Shown: positions 47,601-60,581 of the stretch, piece by piece
How the letters are laid out: each line of letters starts with the position of its first letter
How positions within the stretch are numbered: the first letter of the stretch is position 1
Source: Magallana gigas
Taxonomy: Eukaryota
Direction of reading: 5' to 3'
Assembly (NCBI RefSeq): GCF_963853765.1
Contig: NC_088858.1
Location: 12,400,001 to 12,464,000 of the forward strand
DNA: 64,000 bases
Made by a program: the position numbers and the translations under genes
The notes under the pieces: generated by a model
Told to the model about the DNA's origin: nothing
The model's database searches: none
What the model saw: only the letters and a program-made list of their open reading frames with translations

Positions 47601-50600
47601 TGAAATTTAAGAATACCAATAAAAAATACATGAATTGAAATGCAGCTGTATTCATGAGCGCAATCATCAAGCCAGAGGAACTATTATCTTCTTAAATGGG
47701 ATGCATCATTATCTGATCATAGTAATTTTTTTTATCTTTAACGGTAGCTATTAGTAGTAGGTATGCTCAGTAAGTGGTATGCTCCGCCCATACCTTTATG
47801 GCGTGATACAAGAAGACGCTGTGCATGGCCTCTCGAACTGCCTCCATGCCTCGGAAAGAAAACGAGAAATTGGATACACCCCCACTTACTCTGGCTCCAG
47901 GCAAATTCTCCTGTACAGAAATGTTCACATCAGAAGTAAATATTTACAAAGTATCATTAGAAGGATAAACATGTAAAGGACTATATATAGCTGTAAAAGT
48001 AATACATGTACTACCTTAATGTCTTTTGTTGCCATGATGAAATCAACTCCATATGAGTTGTGCTCCTCTATCCCTGTTGCAATAGTAAGGATGTTGGGGT
48101 CAAATATGATATCATTCGGATTGAACTTGACCTTGTCAACAAGAATCCTGTAGGATCTCTGACATATTTCAAACTTTCTTTGTCTGCCTGTTGCCTGAAA
48201 GCACAAATATATGGTACCTGTATATCTTAAATGAATGGACAAAATCCAAATACTATTGATGGACATAAAGTGTATACAATTCAGAAATTATCAACAACAT
48301 TATTTTTTTTCTTATGTTATGAGGAATAAAAGTGCAAAATTTACTAAGAAATGGTAAAATGATTTTTTTGCTTACTAAATAAAACCGAGACTGTTGTTTT
48401 ATTTAAATTCAGTACCTAAAAATGTTGCCATAAAAAATTTTAAAATGCCCTTAAAAAACTGAAAAAAAATGACATCTATATGTTTAAAAGATATCTTTAT
48501 GTACCTGTCCTTCTTCATCAAATGCCATGACAACCACAGCAGCCCCATATTGTTTGATCTTTCTGGCTTTTTCTACAAAGTCCTCCTCTCCCTCTTTCAT
48601 GCTGATACTGTTGACAATACACTTTCCCTGAGTACATTTTAATCCAGCCTCAATCACTGCAAAGTTGGAGGAATCTATACATAGGGGTACCTGATTAAAA
48701 TAAAATAAAAAAAACATTCATTAGCAAAGCCAATGCTTTTTATGGTTCTTTATACTATGGTTGAACTATGATATCTCGAACACTGATATCTCGAATACAA
48801 TGGATATGTTGAAGTGATTTGTAAGTCCTAAACACTTATTTTTTATGTATTTTACCCTCGATATCTCGAATACTCGGATATCTTGAAGTTTTAAAACAGT
48901 CCTATCTAGTTCGAGATAAGAAGTTTGACTGTATGTATTTGCCTTTTTCATTCACCTTAGAGATTTCTGGTTCTGAAGCGATGAGATTGACAAACTTGGT
49001 CATACAAGCCACACCATCCAACATTCCTTCATCCATATTGATGTCTAGGATTTGCGCTCCATTCTCTACTTGGGTTTTAGCAATACTTAAAGCCTCCTAC
49101 AATTTATAAAAAGTACTGTTTGATGATCAACATATATAACATAAAGCAGTTATCATTACTTTGGGATATGAATAAATAAACAAGTAACTTTGTCATTCTT
49201 GATTAAAATATTTTCATTTAATTAAGCCTATGATTATCAATGTATTGTCAATTGTACATAGGACTCCATACAACTCATGTATGTTAATCCAATAAATTAA
49301 TCTAAGTCATGACATTTTTTTAACAACTGCTGACCTCATAATCTCCATCCTTGATGAGTCTGGCAAACTTCCGAGATCCAGCTACATTGCATCTCTCCCC
49401 AATATTAACAAAGTTGGTATAGGGTCCAAGATATGTAGGTTCAAGTCCTTCATAAAGTCACAAATCATCTTGTATTATTAAGAAGTTATTGCATGTGTAA
49501 TGTGTTTTAATGAATATCACAACTGAGTTAATTATAAATTTGAATCAAATGTATCAGATTCATTTACACTAGAAGTATACCTGAGAGCACCATGAAGTCC
49601 TTTCTGAGCTCATCTGGTGGGACTCTTGGTTTGAATTGAGACACACCTTCTGCAATTGCTCTAAAAAAATAACAATGATTTGGATTTAAAGGGAGATAAA
49701 TCTTTCACATCATACAAAACACAATCTGCACGTACATGAAGGTATATTAATGTGATTTATGCAAAGTTTACTTTATATGCTCAGGAGTAGTACCACAACA
49801 TCCACCCACAATGTTCAGTAGACCATCTCGCGCAAAATTCTAAAACATCAATCAAAACAAACTTTAGATTTGAACATGTACATTTACAGTATAATAACAA
49901 AATCAAAGAGAGGCTTATTTGTAATTTTACAAGATGTAAAATTGCTATGACATTTTTACAAGCTTGGCAATGCATGTAATTTTAAGGGTGTTAAAATTTC
50001 TATAACATTTTTACAAGCTTACATGTAATTTTACAAGTATTAAAATTTCTAAAACATGTTTACAAGCTTAAATTTAATTTATCATGTATTAAAATTTTTA
50101 TAACATTTTTACATGGTTTATTTTTTTATAACATTGAAAAAAAAGTTTTCTTACTGAAAGTTGGTCACACATGCTCTCTGGAGTTTCGTCATAATCTCCA
50201 AAAGTATTTGGTAACCCTTAAAACAAAAAATAATTTAGTTAATTTATAAACATAAGATACAATAAATATGTACTTCCACACTATGTGAGAAGAGGCAATA
50301 GATCTATACATGTATAGTTGTACAAAACAATAAGTTTCCCTTTCAAAAGGCATGTACCTGCATTTGGATAGCATATAGTGTATGCTGTAGTGTTTTTGCT
50401 GACAGCTTCTATGAAAGGTCTCATTTCATTTGCACCCAATGCACAATTGAGTCCAATACTGAAAACAATGGTATAAAATAAAATGAGTAATTCAACTGAT
50501 ACATGCTTATACATGTTTATTACAAACACAGGGAAAAAATGAATATCAAGGCATATGCATGTACCAGGTAAAAATCAATTGATATCAGTAAAGCATATCT

Positions 50601-53351
50601 TTTGTACAAAAATACTGACCACATTGGATTACCATGGGACACACTGATGAGAAAAGCCTCAGTGGTCTGTCCAGAGAGAGTCCTCCCACTCTTGTCGACA
50701 ATCGTACCAGACACAAACACGGGGCAGGTAAACTTCTCCTTCCTAAATAGCTCCTCAATAGCAAAGAGGGCTGCTTTGGAATTGGCAGTGTCAAATATTG
50801 TCTCCACCAGAAGGACATCTGCACCTCCCTCTAATAATCCCTTGGCTTGTTCTGTGTAAGCTTCCACAAGTTCATCAAAAGCTGTAAAAAAAAATTGTCT
50901 CACATTAACAGTATGATAACAACAATAAAACAACATTATATAAATAGTGCCTGTTTGGGAGGATAACATTGAAATTGACACCCCAAGAAAACCATTGTCA
51001 ACCGACACGAAGCGGAGGTTGACAATGGTTTTAAGGGGTGTCAATTTCAACTGTTATCCTCCCAAACAGGCACTATTTATTTCATTATACTGAATGTCTT
51101 AATTTTAGAGAAATTTTTACTGCTTTTGTATAGAAATGAAGTGAATTCTACGGTGAACCGTATGCACATAATTTACGCACATGTAACAATTCATTGTGTT
51201 ACCCGTTGCCAAGTGTGTTGCTAACGTTGAGGGTAATAAAACGGATTATCAACTGCGTCTAAACCAATCAGATTTCAGTATTTAACATGAAAGTATAATA
51301 AATTATAATGTATTCTACTATAGTTCATCTACATCAAGCTACAGCTACAGTATTGTTGAAAACTTTAGCATGTCATTCCACAAATCTGTTGGTAATTTGT
51401 TCAATTTAAATTCATTTTCTGGTTTAAAAGTTATTAAGTTCGTTCCTAATAAACACAAATCGTTTTGAGATCTGATCACTTACTGACATTCCTGAACTCT
51501 GGTTTCTCAACTGAGGGAGATATGGACAGAGTTCTATTGGTTGGACCCATTGCTCCTGCTACATATTTCTGAATACCTACAAAATGAACTTTCTATATTA
51601 ATGATCAGTCAGGTCATTTTGAAAGTTTAAATCAAACTGATGTTGGTTGTGTCAATAGATTGACACAGCTCTCCAAACATGATAACAGTACTAGTATATA
51701 AATGAGAAAAATAAAACTGATAAAATTGATGAGTAACAAAAAAACAAACAATATAGTTCTCTTGAATTAATTGTCATTAAATGTTTAGAGCTTTTGTGAA
51801 AAAGAGGCTAACAGGGTACACAAACTGCCCTTTTATACTTGAGTTCATAGAATCAATCATAGAATAGATTCTCATAGAATCAATTCACCTTGCCAATCAC
51901 ACTGCAAATTCAGATAAGCATGCCAGAAAAGTACAAAACAGTGCAATAAAAACTATACTGTAATTAATATATAGCATAAATTTGAGAAACCACTTGTACT
52001 TTGCAATAGTATTTCAGAGGGTTTTTTTTATCTGATATTTTATAACATTATGAATACATGAATTGTATCTTACAGTAAATTAAAATTGTCTTAAAATATT
52101 TTGCATTGGGAGTTGTGGCAAGATTTGCTCTAGTTGCAAATCACAAAAATCAATATTTAACATTCATACAATCAGACAATGTTTACAAACCAGTCTTATT
52201 TGTAACCTCTTCAGCAGCCCTCTTAGCAATTTTAGCAGCTTCATAATTCAATCTGTATGTCTGAAATATAAAAGGGATTATTTAGATTTTCAAGATCTTA
52301 TTAGATTAGCATAATTATTTATTTAATTGCTTCTCAGTTCAAATTTCATAGTAATACCAGATGTTCTGTTCCATAATCTGCCTGTGCAATTTTGGTCCCA
52401 CTAAATGTGTTCGTTTCTACAAAGTCAGCTCCTGCCTCAAAATAGTCCTACAAGGAATCAAAGAATATATGAAAATAAAAATTAATTCAATTTAACCCTA
52501 GAAAAATTCATAAGTAACAGTAACTGTGTAATCAAAGTTGCAGGTCATATACTATATTTTATTTCTAGACCTTTTAATAAAGAAAAGCTAGAGTAAATAA
52601 TTCTTTAGTCTGAAAATTCAAAAGCTGTTCATTTAATGTTCAAATATACGCATGCACTTTTGAAGTTTTTAAAAATCAATTGTTTGATTTAAATCAAGTT
52701 ATGATCAATTCATTCTATACATATGATAAGATAAATTTAGTGTCCCACCATGTTTCCTTGAATGGGGTAAAGAAAACTGAACATTTTGTGAACCACTGGT
52801 ACATATCACATGTATGTCATTTAGATATACTGGGACTATCACAATAATGATAATTAATTATGCACCTTGTGAATTTCATGGATTAAATTTGGTTGAGTTA
52901 AAACAAGAATATCATTGTTCCCCTTTAAACTTTTCGGGTGATCTTTGAACTCTTGTCCTCTAAAATCTTCCTCCTCCAGGCGATGCTTTTGTATCATTGT
53001 TCCCATCCCACCATCAAATATCATGATCCGCTCCTGCAGAGTACTCTGTATTTTGTCCCTCACTAAAGAGTATGTCAATTTTTATTACACACAACAGTTA
53101 TGCAACATAGTTATAAAAATGTATACTTTATTATAACTTAATTAAATTAAATGCAGCAATTCTGTAAATTAATAGGAAACAATTTTCCATATTCATTTAT
53201 ATAAATCAAAGGGGGGTAACCCTTTTGTTGACAAACAAACTATAGATCGTTTTTTATTTTAGCATAGTTTTATAACAAGGTTTGACAATCATGCAAAAAA
53301 TCACAAACCTGTCTCCGAAGATTTAGGAGAATCTGAAATTGTTGGAGGCAT
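41663..53351 (-). CDS. MTR: Cobalamin-dependent methionine synthase, 31 coding exons
   Basis: Exons: 53351-53309, 53062-52866, 52447-52358, 52260-52191, 51576-51484, 50881-50620, 50458-50358, 50216-50155, 49839-49772, 49660-49581, 49447-49335, 49096-48956, 48690-48505, 48194-48015, 47910-47794, 47565-47425, 47255-47166, 46852-46601, 46343-46240, 46080-46013, 45901-45781, 45635-45554, 45300-45202, 44785-44713, 44514-44356, 43515-43334, 43032-42896, 42761-42695, 42590-42489, 42027-41827, 41746-41663. Motifs: [26 protein letters not shown]12-binding [35 protein letters not shown]. Confidence 0.96.
48755..48931. mobile_element. Tc1/mariner(pogo)-type MITE relic in an MTR intron
   Basis: Right end GTTCGAGATAAGAAGTTTGACTG|TA; degenerate left end; repeated GATATCTCGAA motifs; TA flanks. 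Confidence 0.55.
50940..51080. repeat. 141-bp near-perfect palindrome (hairpin element) in MTR intron 5
   Basis: Arms ATAAATAGTGCCTGTTTGGGAGGATAACA...CCATTGTCAACC and its inverse; 13-nt loop GACACGAAGCGGA. Confidence 0.85.
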
Positions 53352-53650
53352 TGTGAGATTTTGTATAATTTAGTCAGAAATTAAAAAATTCTAATGACAC
53401 CGGTTTCCTTCAACCGCACAACTCGAAGTCTCACGACCAAATGATTTCCACCGTGTACGATTTCGTTATATAAGTGTGCGCATGGGTTCCGGTGGACCCG
53501 GCGGATGTGACGTAAGAGATTCGTGGAAGATTGTGTGTTTGATGTGTCAAAACAGAAAACTAAACTTATAAATGAAACTCGCGATAGTCTAAAACAATAA
53601 GTGGAAGTCCATATACTTTAGTTATCGTTGAGACGGTCTTGTAATTTTGG
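53352..53650. promoter_or_regulatory. Probable bidirectional promoter between MTR and STX5
   Basis: Local CpG/GC enrichment with TGCGCATG, TTCCGG and GGATGTGACGT motifs directly upstream of the MTR ATG. STX5 coding exon 1 begins at an acceptor (54,462), so a non-coding STX5 exon must lie upstream; candidate donor G|GTACGT at ~53,651. Confidence 0.5.
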
Positions 53651-54462
53651 GTACGTAAATGACAATTAAAATTGGCGGATTTCTAAATTACGACCAAGGT
53701 AAAAATTCAATAAGGCATATTTGTATCAGATGCCAAATAATAGAGATGTACATGTACATATTATGATATACATGAACCCTTCATCACTTAATTGTGTATG
53801 TATTATGTAATGCAGTCTTTATATTTAACCTATCTTTTCATGTTAACAGTATGTAGCACATACAGCCGTACTGTACATTTCCCATTGATCACTAGGCCTA
53901 TGTTGATATCTATTTTTTTTTTTTTTAATGTAATGAAATAGTATAATAAATAAATGAAATTAAATTTTGAATTGAACATGATGGTCTTTAATTGTGATCG
54001 AGTTATACATCCTCATTTATAGGTCAAAGAAAAAGGAAATATGACATTAAAACAAGATTTGATTAATCTTAGACCACATTAGTCTCCTATTTTATGTTTT
54101 GATACTATTGATGAAACATTAATTTGTTTTACTATCGCATCATAAACAATAAGAAATGTTGTTGCATATTCTCATACTGAAATGCAAGAGTCTGGAAATC
54201 ATCTGTCAAAAAGGCATCATATTGATTTAATCATTTTGTAAATGGTATACTTTATATATAAATTTATTTTAAATTTACATATTTGCATTGTTAAGGAGTT
54301 AGGCAAAGTAAAAAGCTAAAAATAGAAAATTACTGTAGTTGTGTTCATGTATTTTTATAAAAAAAAATCATAGTGAATTATCTTAACTTGATGTATAATG
54401 ATAGCCATGGTTACAGGTAAACGATTTTGAATTTTGAACTCTAATAAACAATCTATTTTTAG

Positions 54463-54522
54463 ATGAGACTCATTAACAAGATCAATGATAGCCAGAAGAC
54501 GTCGCACCAATTCTGGATCTGA
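54463..54522 (+). other. 19-aa out-of-frame uORF overlapping the long-isoform start of STX5
   Basis: ATG at the first base of the exon (54,463), frame +1 relative to ATG 54,485, stop TGA at 54,520-54,522. Confidence 0.6.
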
Positions 54523-55226
54523 CTCTAAACAAAACGGAATATCTTCACAAACAAGTCAAACTTTTGTATCGGAGGTCCTGCTAGATACAGACATGTCTTG
54601 TAGAGACCGTACCAATGAGTTCTTCTCTGCCGCAAAGTTATTACAGTCAAGACAGGTAAGATGATTTGTTGTCTGTAATTAATTATACTTGATTATTATC
54701 CACTCTACTTAAAAACATATGGAACTATTCCATCTAAGTCAAAGGAAAAAGTGAATTCTTTATCGTTAACTGTACATTTTTTGTAGGGAAATGGAGCCTT
54801 GGCACAGAAAAGAAACCCAGCACTCAGACAAAGAAGTGAATTCACACAAATTGCAAAGTAATAGCAAATTTTTGTATTTTCTTTAAATCTTACAAATCTG
54901 CATAATTAGAGTCATATATATTAAAAGCTTCTTTTTTTTTTTTAAATCTTATGACATTTTGATCAGGCACATGTAGTTTTGACCTGTGTAAGACAACCAG
55001 TAAATGTATCAAGTACATATATGTCATCCACTCTAAATATATTTGCAAATATATTTGTTGGTGATTGATTGTAAAATTAAATTATGTCTGTTGTCTTAGG
55101 ATGAAGAAATTGTTAGTTATTCAACAGAGACTAATATAGTTTTTTAAGCCCACCTGAGCTGAAAGCTTAAATGAGCTCTTCTGATCATTTTTTGTCCAGT
55201 GCCTGTCTCTGTATGTCCACCCATCT

Positions 55227-55257
<31 letters not shown>

Positions 55258-55275
55258 GACTGCTTCTCCAGAACG

Positions 55276-55306
<31 letters not shown>

Positions 55307-58300
55307 GGCATCATTTGGTGAAGGCGATTCAAATTTATTAAAGTGGAGGGCCACACCCTCTTTTAAGGGAAGATGATAAAAAATTATTTAAAATATTGGT
55401 ACATGTATTTTTCAAAACTCTTCTTCTCAGAGGTCATATACCCTAAAAAAAAACAAACTGAAACTTGTGGAGAAGCACCCTCAGGTAGAGTAGATTTAAG
55501 TTTGTTCAAGTCATGATCTCCCTGTGATAAGTTTGGGCCAAAATGGAGGGGTTCAACTTTTACATAGGAATATATAGAGAGAAATTTTGAAAAATCTTCT
55601 TCTCAAAAACCATTGACAAGAAAAGCTAAAACTTGTGTGGAAGCATCCTCAGTTAGGGTAGATTGTAGTTTGTTCAAGTCATGATCCCCAGGGGTAAGGT
55701 GGGGACAAATTTTTACATTAGAATATATAGAGAAAAATCTTTTTACAATCTTCTTCTCAAAAGGCATTTGCCTAGAAAACCTGTAACTTTAATGAAAGCA
55801 ATCTTAGATAGTTTAGAGTATTTGATCAGCTTTAAGCTGATCAAATTCTTTATCTTCAGAAGTAGGGTGGGGCCACATTTGGGGTCCAATTTTACAAAGG
55901 AAAACATTTTAAATTATTCACAAAAACACAAATGTTAAATATATGGTTTTACTTATATGTGCAAGCATTTTGACATATTGTTGATTTTTTAGAATTGTTT
56001 GGACTTTAGCCCCTGGACAATTCTTGGGCCTCATTAGGGTTTGAAAGATTGATGTACATGTGTAGGTTTTTATCCCATATATAAACAGTTGCGGTAATTG
56101 TTTAAGATCATCTTGAGAACTGTGATGCACAATATTTAATATGACTATAAAATCATCCTGTTACAAAAGGGCCTCAATGATAAACACAAGAATATCCAGG
56201 GGAAAAAATTGATTTTTTTTAAAACAAAATGTATTTACTACATTGTCTAGATATTTTGTATATGTCTCCATCAAGTTGATTCTATTATGACTATTGTTGC
56301 TCAGGAGAGCTATGTGCCCCATGAGCGTTTCTTAAATACTACAATGATAACTAATTCGTATTCCGAAGTCCTCACAGTACATGGTGATGGAATAGAATAC
56401 AGATTTTAGGATCATGAATGTGCATATATCCTTGTACATTTGTACAGTGTATGTATACTGGTATATTAAAATATGTGCTTTGTATTTTTTATAGGAAAAT
56501 TGGACGTGATTTAGCAAACACATTTGCAAAGCTTGAAAAACTCACCATGTGTAAGTAATAGAATAATGTTTCAATTAATTTCCCATTTCCCCTCTTAAAA
56601 ATACATCATACAATGATTCTTAAAAGCAATGTGACAAATTTAGTACAATAAGTAATAAAAATTATGGTGCCAGGGTTCTCCATCATATAAATTTATACTG
56701 TAGCTCAAAACAAGTGAATAACAGTATAAATTAAGGGATCAATAATATTTTGTGGCAATGGTGGACAAAATCAAATTTTAAAAGCTGAACATAACATTCA
56801 GAAGTCGATGTTTTTCTTTTCTTGCGACTCTCCCCATAACCCATAAGTATACAAGAAACTGACTTCTAAACAGTTCAAAGTTTTTACCTGTGCAGGCCTC
56901 ACCTGTATAAGCATACATCTTACTTCGCTGTACGTGTTACTCGGTCACAATAACTTCTATAAAATGTATGCACTAAATCCAAGCCAGGAGAAAAGTAAAA
57001 CCAAATTTACAGATCAATGCATTACAAATAAACAAAAAATACACAGCATGAGGAATACTACATGTCAGCTGTGTGTTCCAGGTGTGCCATCAGGTGAACT
57101 ACTGGTAATGCCTGGTATTGGAGATAGGAAAACTAAAATAACGCTGGAGTGAAATTCATTTTCAGTGACAACTGGTTGGGTCGACTCATTGCTGGGACCA
57201 CAACTTATTAGAAATCTTAGCTTTTACCAAGTTTATTTTGACTTTTTAAAAAACAAATGCATTTCATTATTTTTTACAATCAGAGCTCACTGTGTATGTG
57301 GGGATTATTTGATTTTACTGTTCCCTATTATTTTCCCCAGTGGCCAAGAAGAAGTCATTGTTTGATGATAAGCCAGTGGAGATCCAGGAGCTGACCTACA
57401 TCATTAACCAGGACATACAGGGTCTGAACAAACAGATAGCCCAGCTTCAGCAGGTGGCGCGCTCCCACCCCAACGCCAGGCACGTACAGAGTCACTCCAA
57501 CTCTGTGGTGGTGTCCCTTCAGGTGGGTGCTTCAGATCATAGACATACTGGTTCATGGGTCTGATTTTTTTCAAAAGATGGTTAAATTTAATACAGGGGT
57601 TAGGATACATGTTATGACATGCTAGCAACCATATATTTTAATCACTGGGAAAGTTTTAATCCAAGTACTGAGTGTTGATTAAAATTAACAGATTGTTAAC
57701 ATGTATTAATAATTTAACTCCAGCACCATTTTAAAAAAACATAAAACCATGTGGTAAACTATAAGTTAACACATTGTGTTAACTCAGAGATAACGCAGTG
57801 TTAGGTAAACTGTATCTTCAAAAAAAAACCAAATAACTGGGCTCTGTGATTTTACTGGTGTAACCAAATTTTTTAAATTTTCAAACATTGTAATGATGTG
57901 AATTAATGCAAAAGTATTTCTTTTATAGTACTTTCTTTCATATTGACAAATTTGACATACTTTACTACTATTTTTTCTTTCTTCCACAGTCCAAGCTTGC
58001 CACCATGTCAAATGATTTCAAGCAAGTTCTTGAAGTTAGGACAGAAGTATGTATCTATTATTTTTTAATAATAGAATATTTCACATACATGTATGAATTC
58101 ATTCTTACTTTTAACTAGTTTCATTCAGTGTTTAATCAGTACAAGGGTACCTTTTGTTCATAGAATTTAAAACATCAAAAGACTAGAAGAGATCAGTTTT
58201 CTGAGTCCCCATCCAATACTACATACAGCAATCACAGTAAGTCGATTTGTTGCAATGTTTGTGAAAAATGTTTACATACTCACATATTTAGTGAGTTTTC

Positions 58301-60581
58301 ATTTTAGCTGTCATTTTTGCTTATTTATACCCCTGCAAACGAAGTTTAGGGGGGTATATTGGTTTCACCCTGTCCGTCTGTCTGTAGACACAACTTTGTC
58401 CTCCCTTTAGAATTTTTTATTACTGCATGGAACAGTTTGAAAATTTGTACATATGTTGAACACCATCTGAAGATGTGTACCTGCAATTTTTTTTAAGATC
58501 AGATGAGATTTAATGATTTTATGACAGTTTTCATTTTCCTAATTCTATATATTGTACACTGATGTTGAAAAGTAAGGGAGGTAATCCTTACAGATTTTAT
58601 TACATGTAATAAATTAATAGTATTAAAACACTCTAAAATATATTTATATAAATACATCCAGATGGAGGTTTTTTGTCTTTATGTCTTAATTAATAAAAAA
58701 AATTATTTTTTATAAGTATTCTTTCAACTGACAATGCAAAGTTTTTGTTTGTCAATGATAAATTCTTAGGAGCTAATAAGAATATCAAATACAAGTGTGG
58801 CTGAATTCATTTGTCATAAGGGAGCCATTATCTGAGCCATGGTTCAGATGGAGCATGTGTTTAGGGAAAATTGATAATCTGTAAAATGGGTGATGGTTTT
58901 GGGGCTATTTTAAAACTGTTTCATGTAAACCAAAAGTTTTTATCATTATAAAGAAATAAATAATATCATTATTAATAAAGAAGTTAAACTATTTTTAGAA
59001 GTTGTTTAAATTTATTAGTCAAGTAAATTGATGAAGTGACCATATTGGGCATTAATTTAAATGAAATTCAAAATTACTGATATGATTGTAGTGTTTTGGC
59101 AATTTTAAAATTGTTTGTAATATTAAATTTTGTTTTTTACGTATTTTTACATAGTATAGTAATTATGGTAATGTTTTGGGAGTTTATTAAATTTAACAAG
59201 CTCATCAAAGAAAATCATAGTCCTATGGGATCAATTTTCTGATATGGAGTTCCATTGTGCCATAGGAGAAAGTGAGGAAAATTTGAAACAACTAATTGCA
59301 TCTGTCAAAACTCCTATTAGAAAGATATTGAAAGTTTTATCAACAGAAGAGCATTGCTTGGCTACCGGTATTTCCATTTACTGCAAAGGGAGGGGTTATT
59401 GTCATTTTGCTGGTTTTTCTTTAAATCAATTAAAAAAATATATATATTATCAGATACATACATTTGTAAATGTATTACCGTTATAGATATATATTTACAG
59501 TGAAATTCTGACAATTTTGATTTTAATTTTTCTTTGTTAACAAATTTTTTTTTTTTACAATTCTAGAATTAATTTTTTTTTGTATGTGTTCCAAACCTTT
59601 ATTATTCAATTCAAATATTTGTCCAATTTGAAATTAGCCTTGCGGGGGTATTAGTCCCATTAGGACGGTTTTAGTTTGTTTTTAATTAATGAATACAAGT
59701 AATGTGGAGCAATATTAGCGAGTTTTGTTTTTGTTTTGTAGGTTCAGTATTGTTTCAGGATGAAATGAATCATTCCCAGGGTGCAACAGGAGGGGCGGAT
59801 GTTGTGATAAATATGGATGGTTTGGATAAAAATAGGTTTCAGCAACAAATGCAACTGGTAGACCAACAAGTAAGTTAAAATCATTAATGATTATTTCTTT
59901 AAAAATCACATGATTACTAAATTCATAAATTCTCCAAATACATTTGATGTACTGGATTTGTGAATTAACTTCAAATATAAAAAAAATGGATAACTTATGG
60001 TACTCTAGTCAGTTAATAGTTAAGTCTTGTTGATGCCACGATAGTTGTTTGAACAACTTTCAGCAGAATGATGACACCCATTTTAATGAAAAAGGGAAAG
60101 TGAATTGACATTGATTTATGAATTTACTTTCAAGAGTTAAACAGCTGTGATTTTGTTCGGTACAGGATGATTACATACAGGACAGAGCAGATACCATGAA
60201 GAATATAGAGAGCACCATTGTAGAGCTTGGCGGTATATTCACTCAACTGGCACACATGGTTAAAGAACAGGAGGAAATTGTCCACAGGTCAGTCCAACAT
60301 ATTAAATGTGGATAAGAAGACTGAGTGCATCTTGTACCTTTTCTCCATCTTAACATAATCTTTCTGCATTTTTTTTTTTTTTTTTTTTTAATATACGTAC
60401 ATTTGTACATTTATTTTTCAGAATTGACTCAAATACAGATGATGCGGTCATGAATGTGGAAGCAGCACACAGTGAAATTTTAAAATACTTTCAGTCAGTG
60501 ACATCAAACCGATGGCTAATGATCAAGATATTTGCAGTCTTAATTTTGTTTTTCATCATATTTGTTGTATTTATGGCATAA
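54485..60581 (+). CDS. STX5: Syntaxin-5; exons 54485-54655, 54787-54857, 56495-56550, 57341-57522, 57990-58046, 58164-58236, 59742-59869, 60166-60287, 60422-60581
   Basis: MSCRDRTNEF N-peptide; LAKKKSLFDDKPVEIQELTYII Habc region; SNARE motif IESTIVELGGIFTQLAHMVKEQEE; C-terminal TM NRWLMIKIFAVLILFFIIFVVFMA*; consistent splice phases. Confidence 0.96.
55142..56332 (+). mobile_element. Non-autonomous Helitron/Helentron-like element with an embedded ~170-bp satellite-like array
   Basis: 5' AGCCCACCTGAGCTGAAAGCT, (CTGT)n microsatellite, degenerate monomers (AAACTTGTGTGGAAGCATCCTCAG...TTTGTTCAAGTCATGATCCCC), and a 3' CTCAGGAGAGC...CCCATGAGC end inverse to the 5' motif. Confidence 0.6.
58325..59674 (+). 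mobile_element. Helentron/HINE (DINE-1-like) non-autonomous element in an STX5 intron
   Basis: 5' subTIR TATACCCCTGCAA with nearby inverted GGGGGGTATA; GTCCGTCTGTCTGT microsatellite; 3' subTIR TTGCGGGGGTAT; short hairpin GTCCcattaGGAC; T-rich flanks. Confidence 0.65.
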
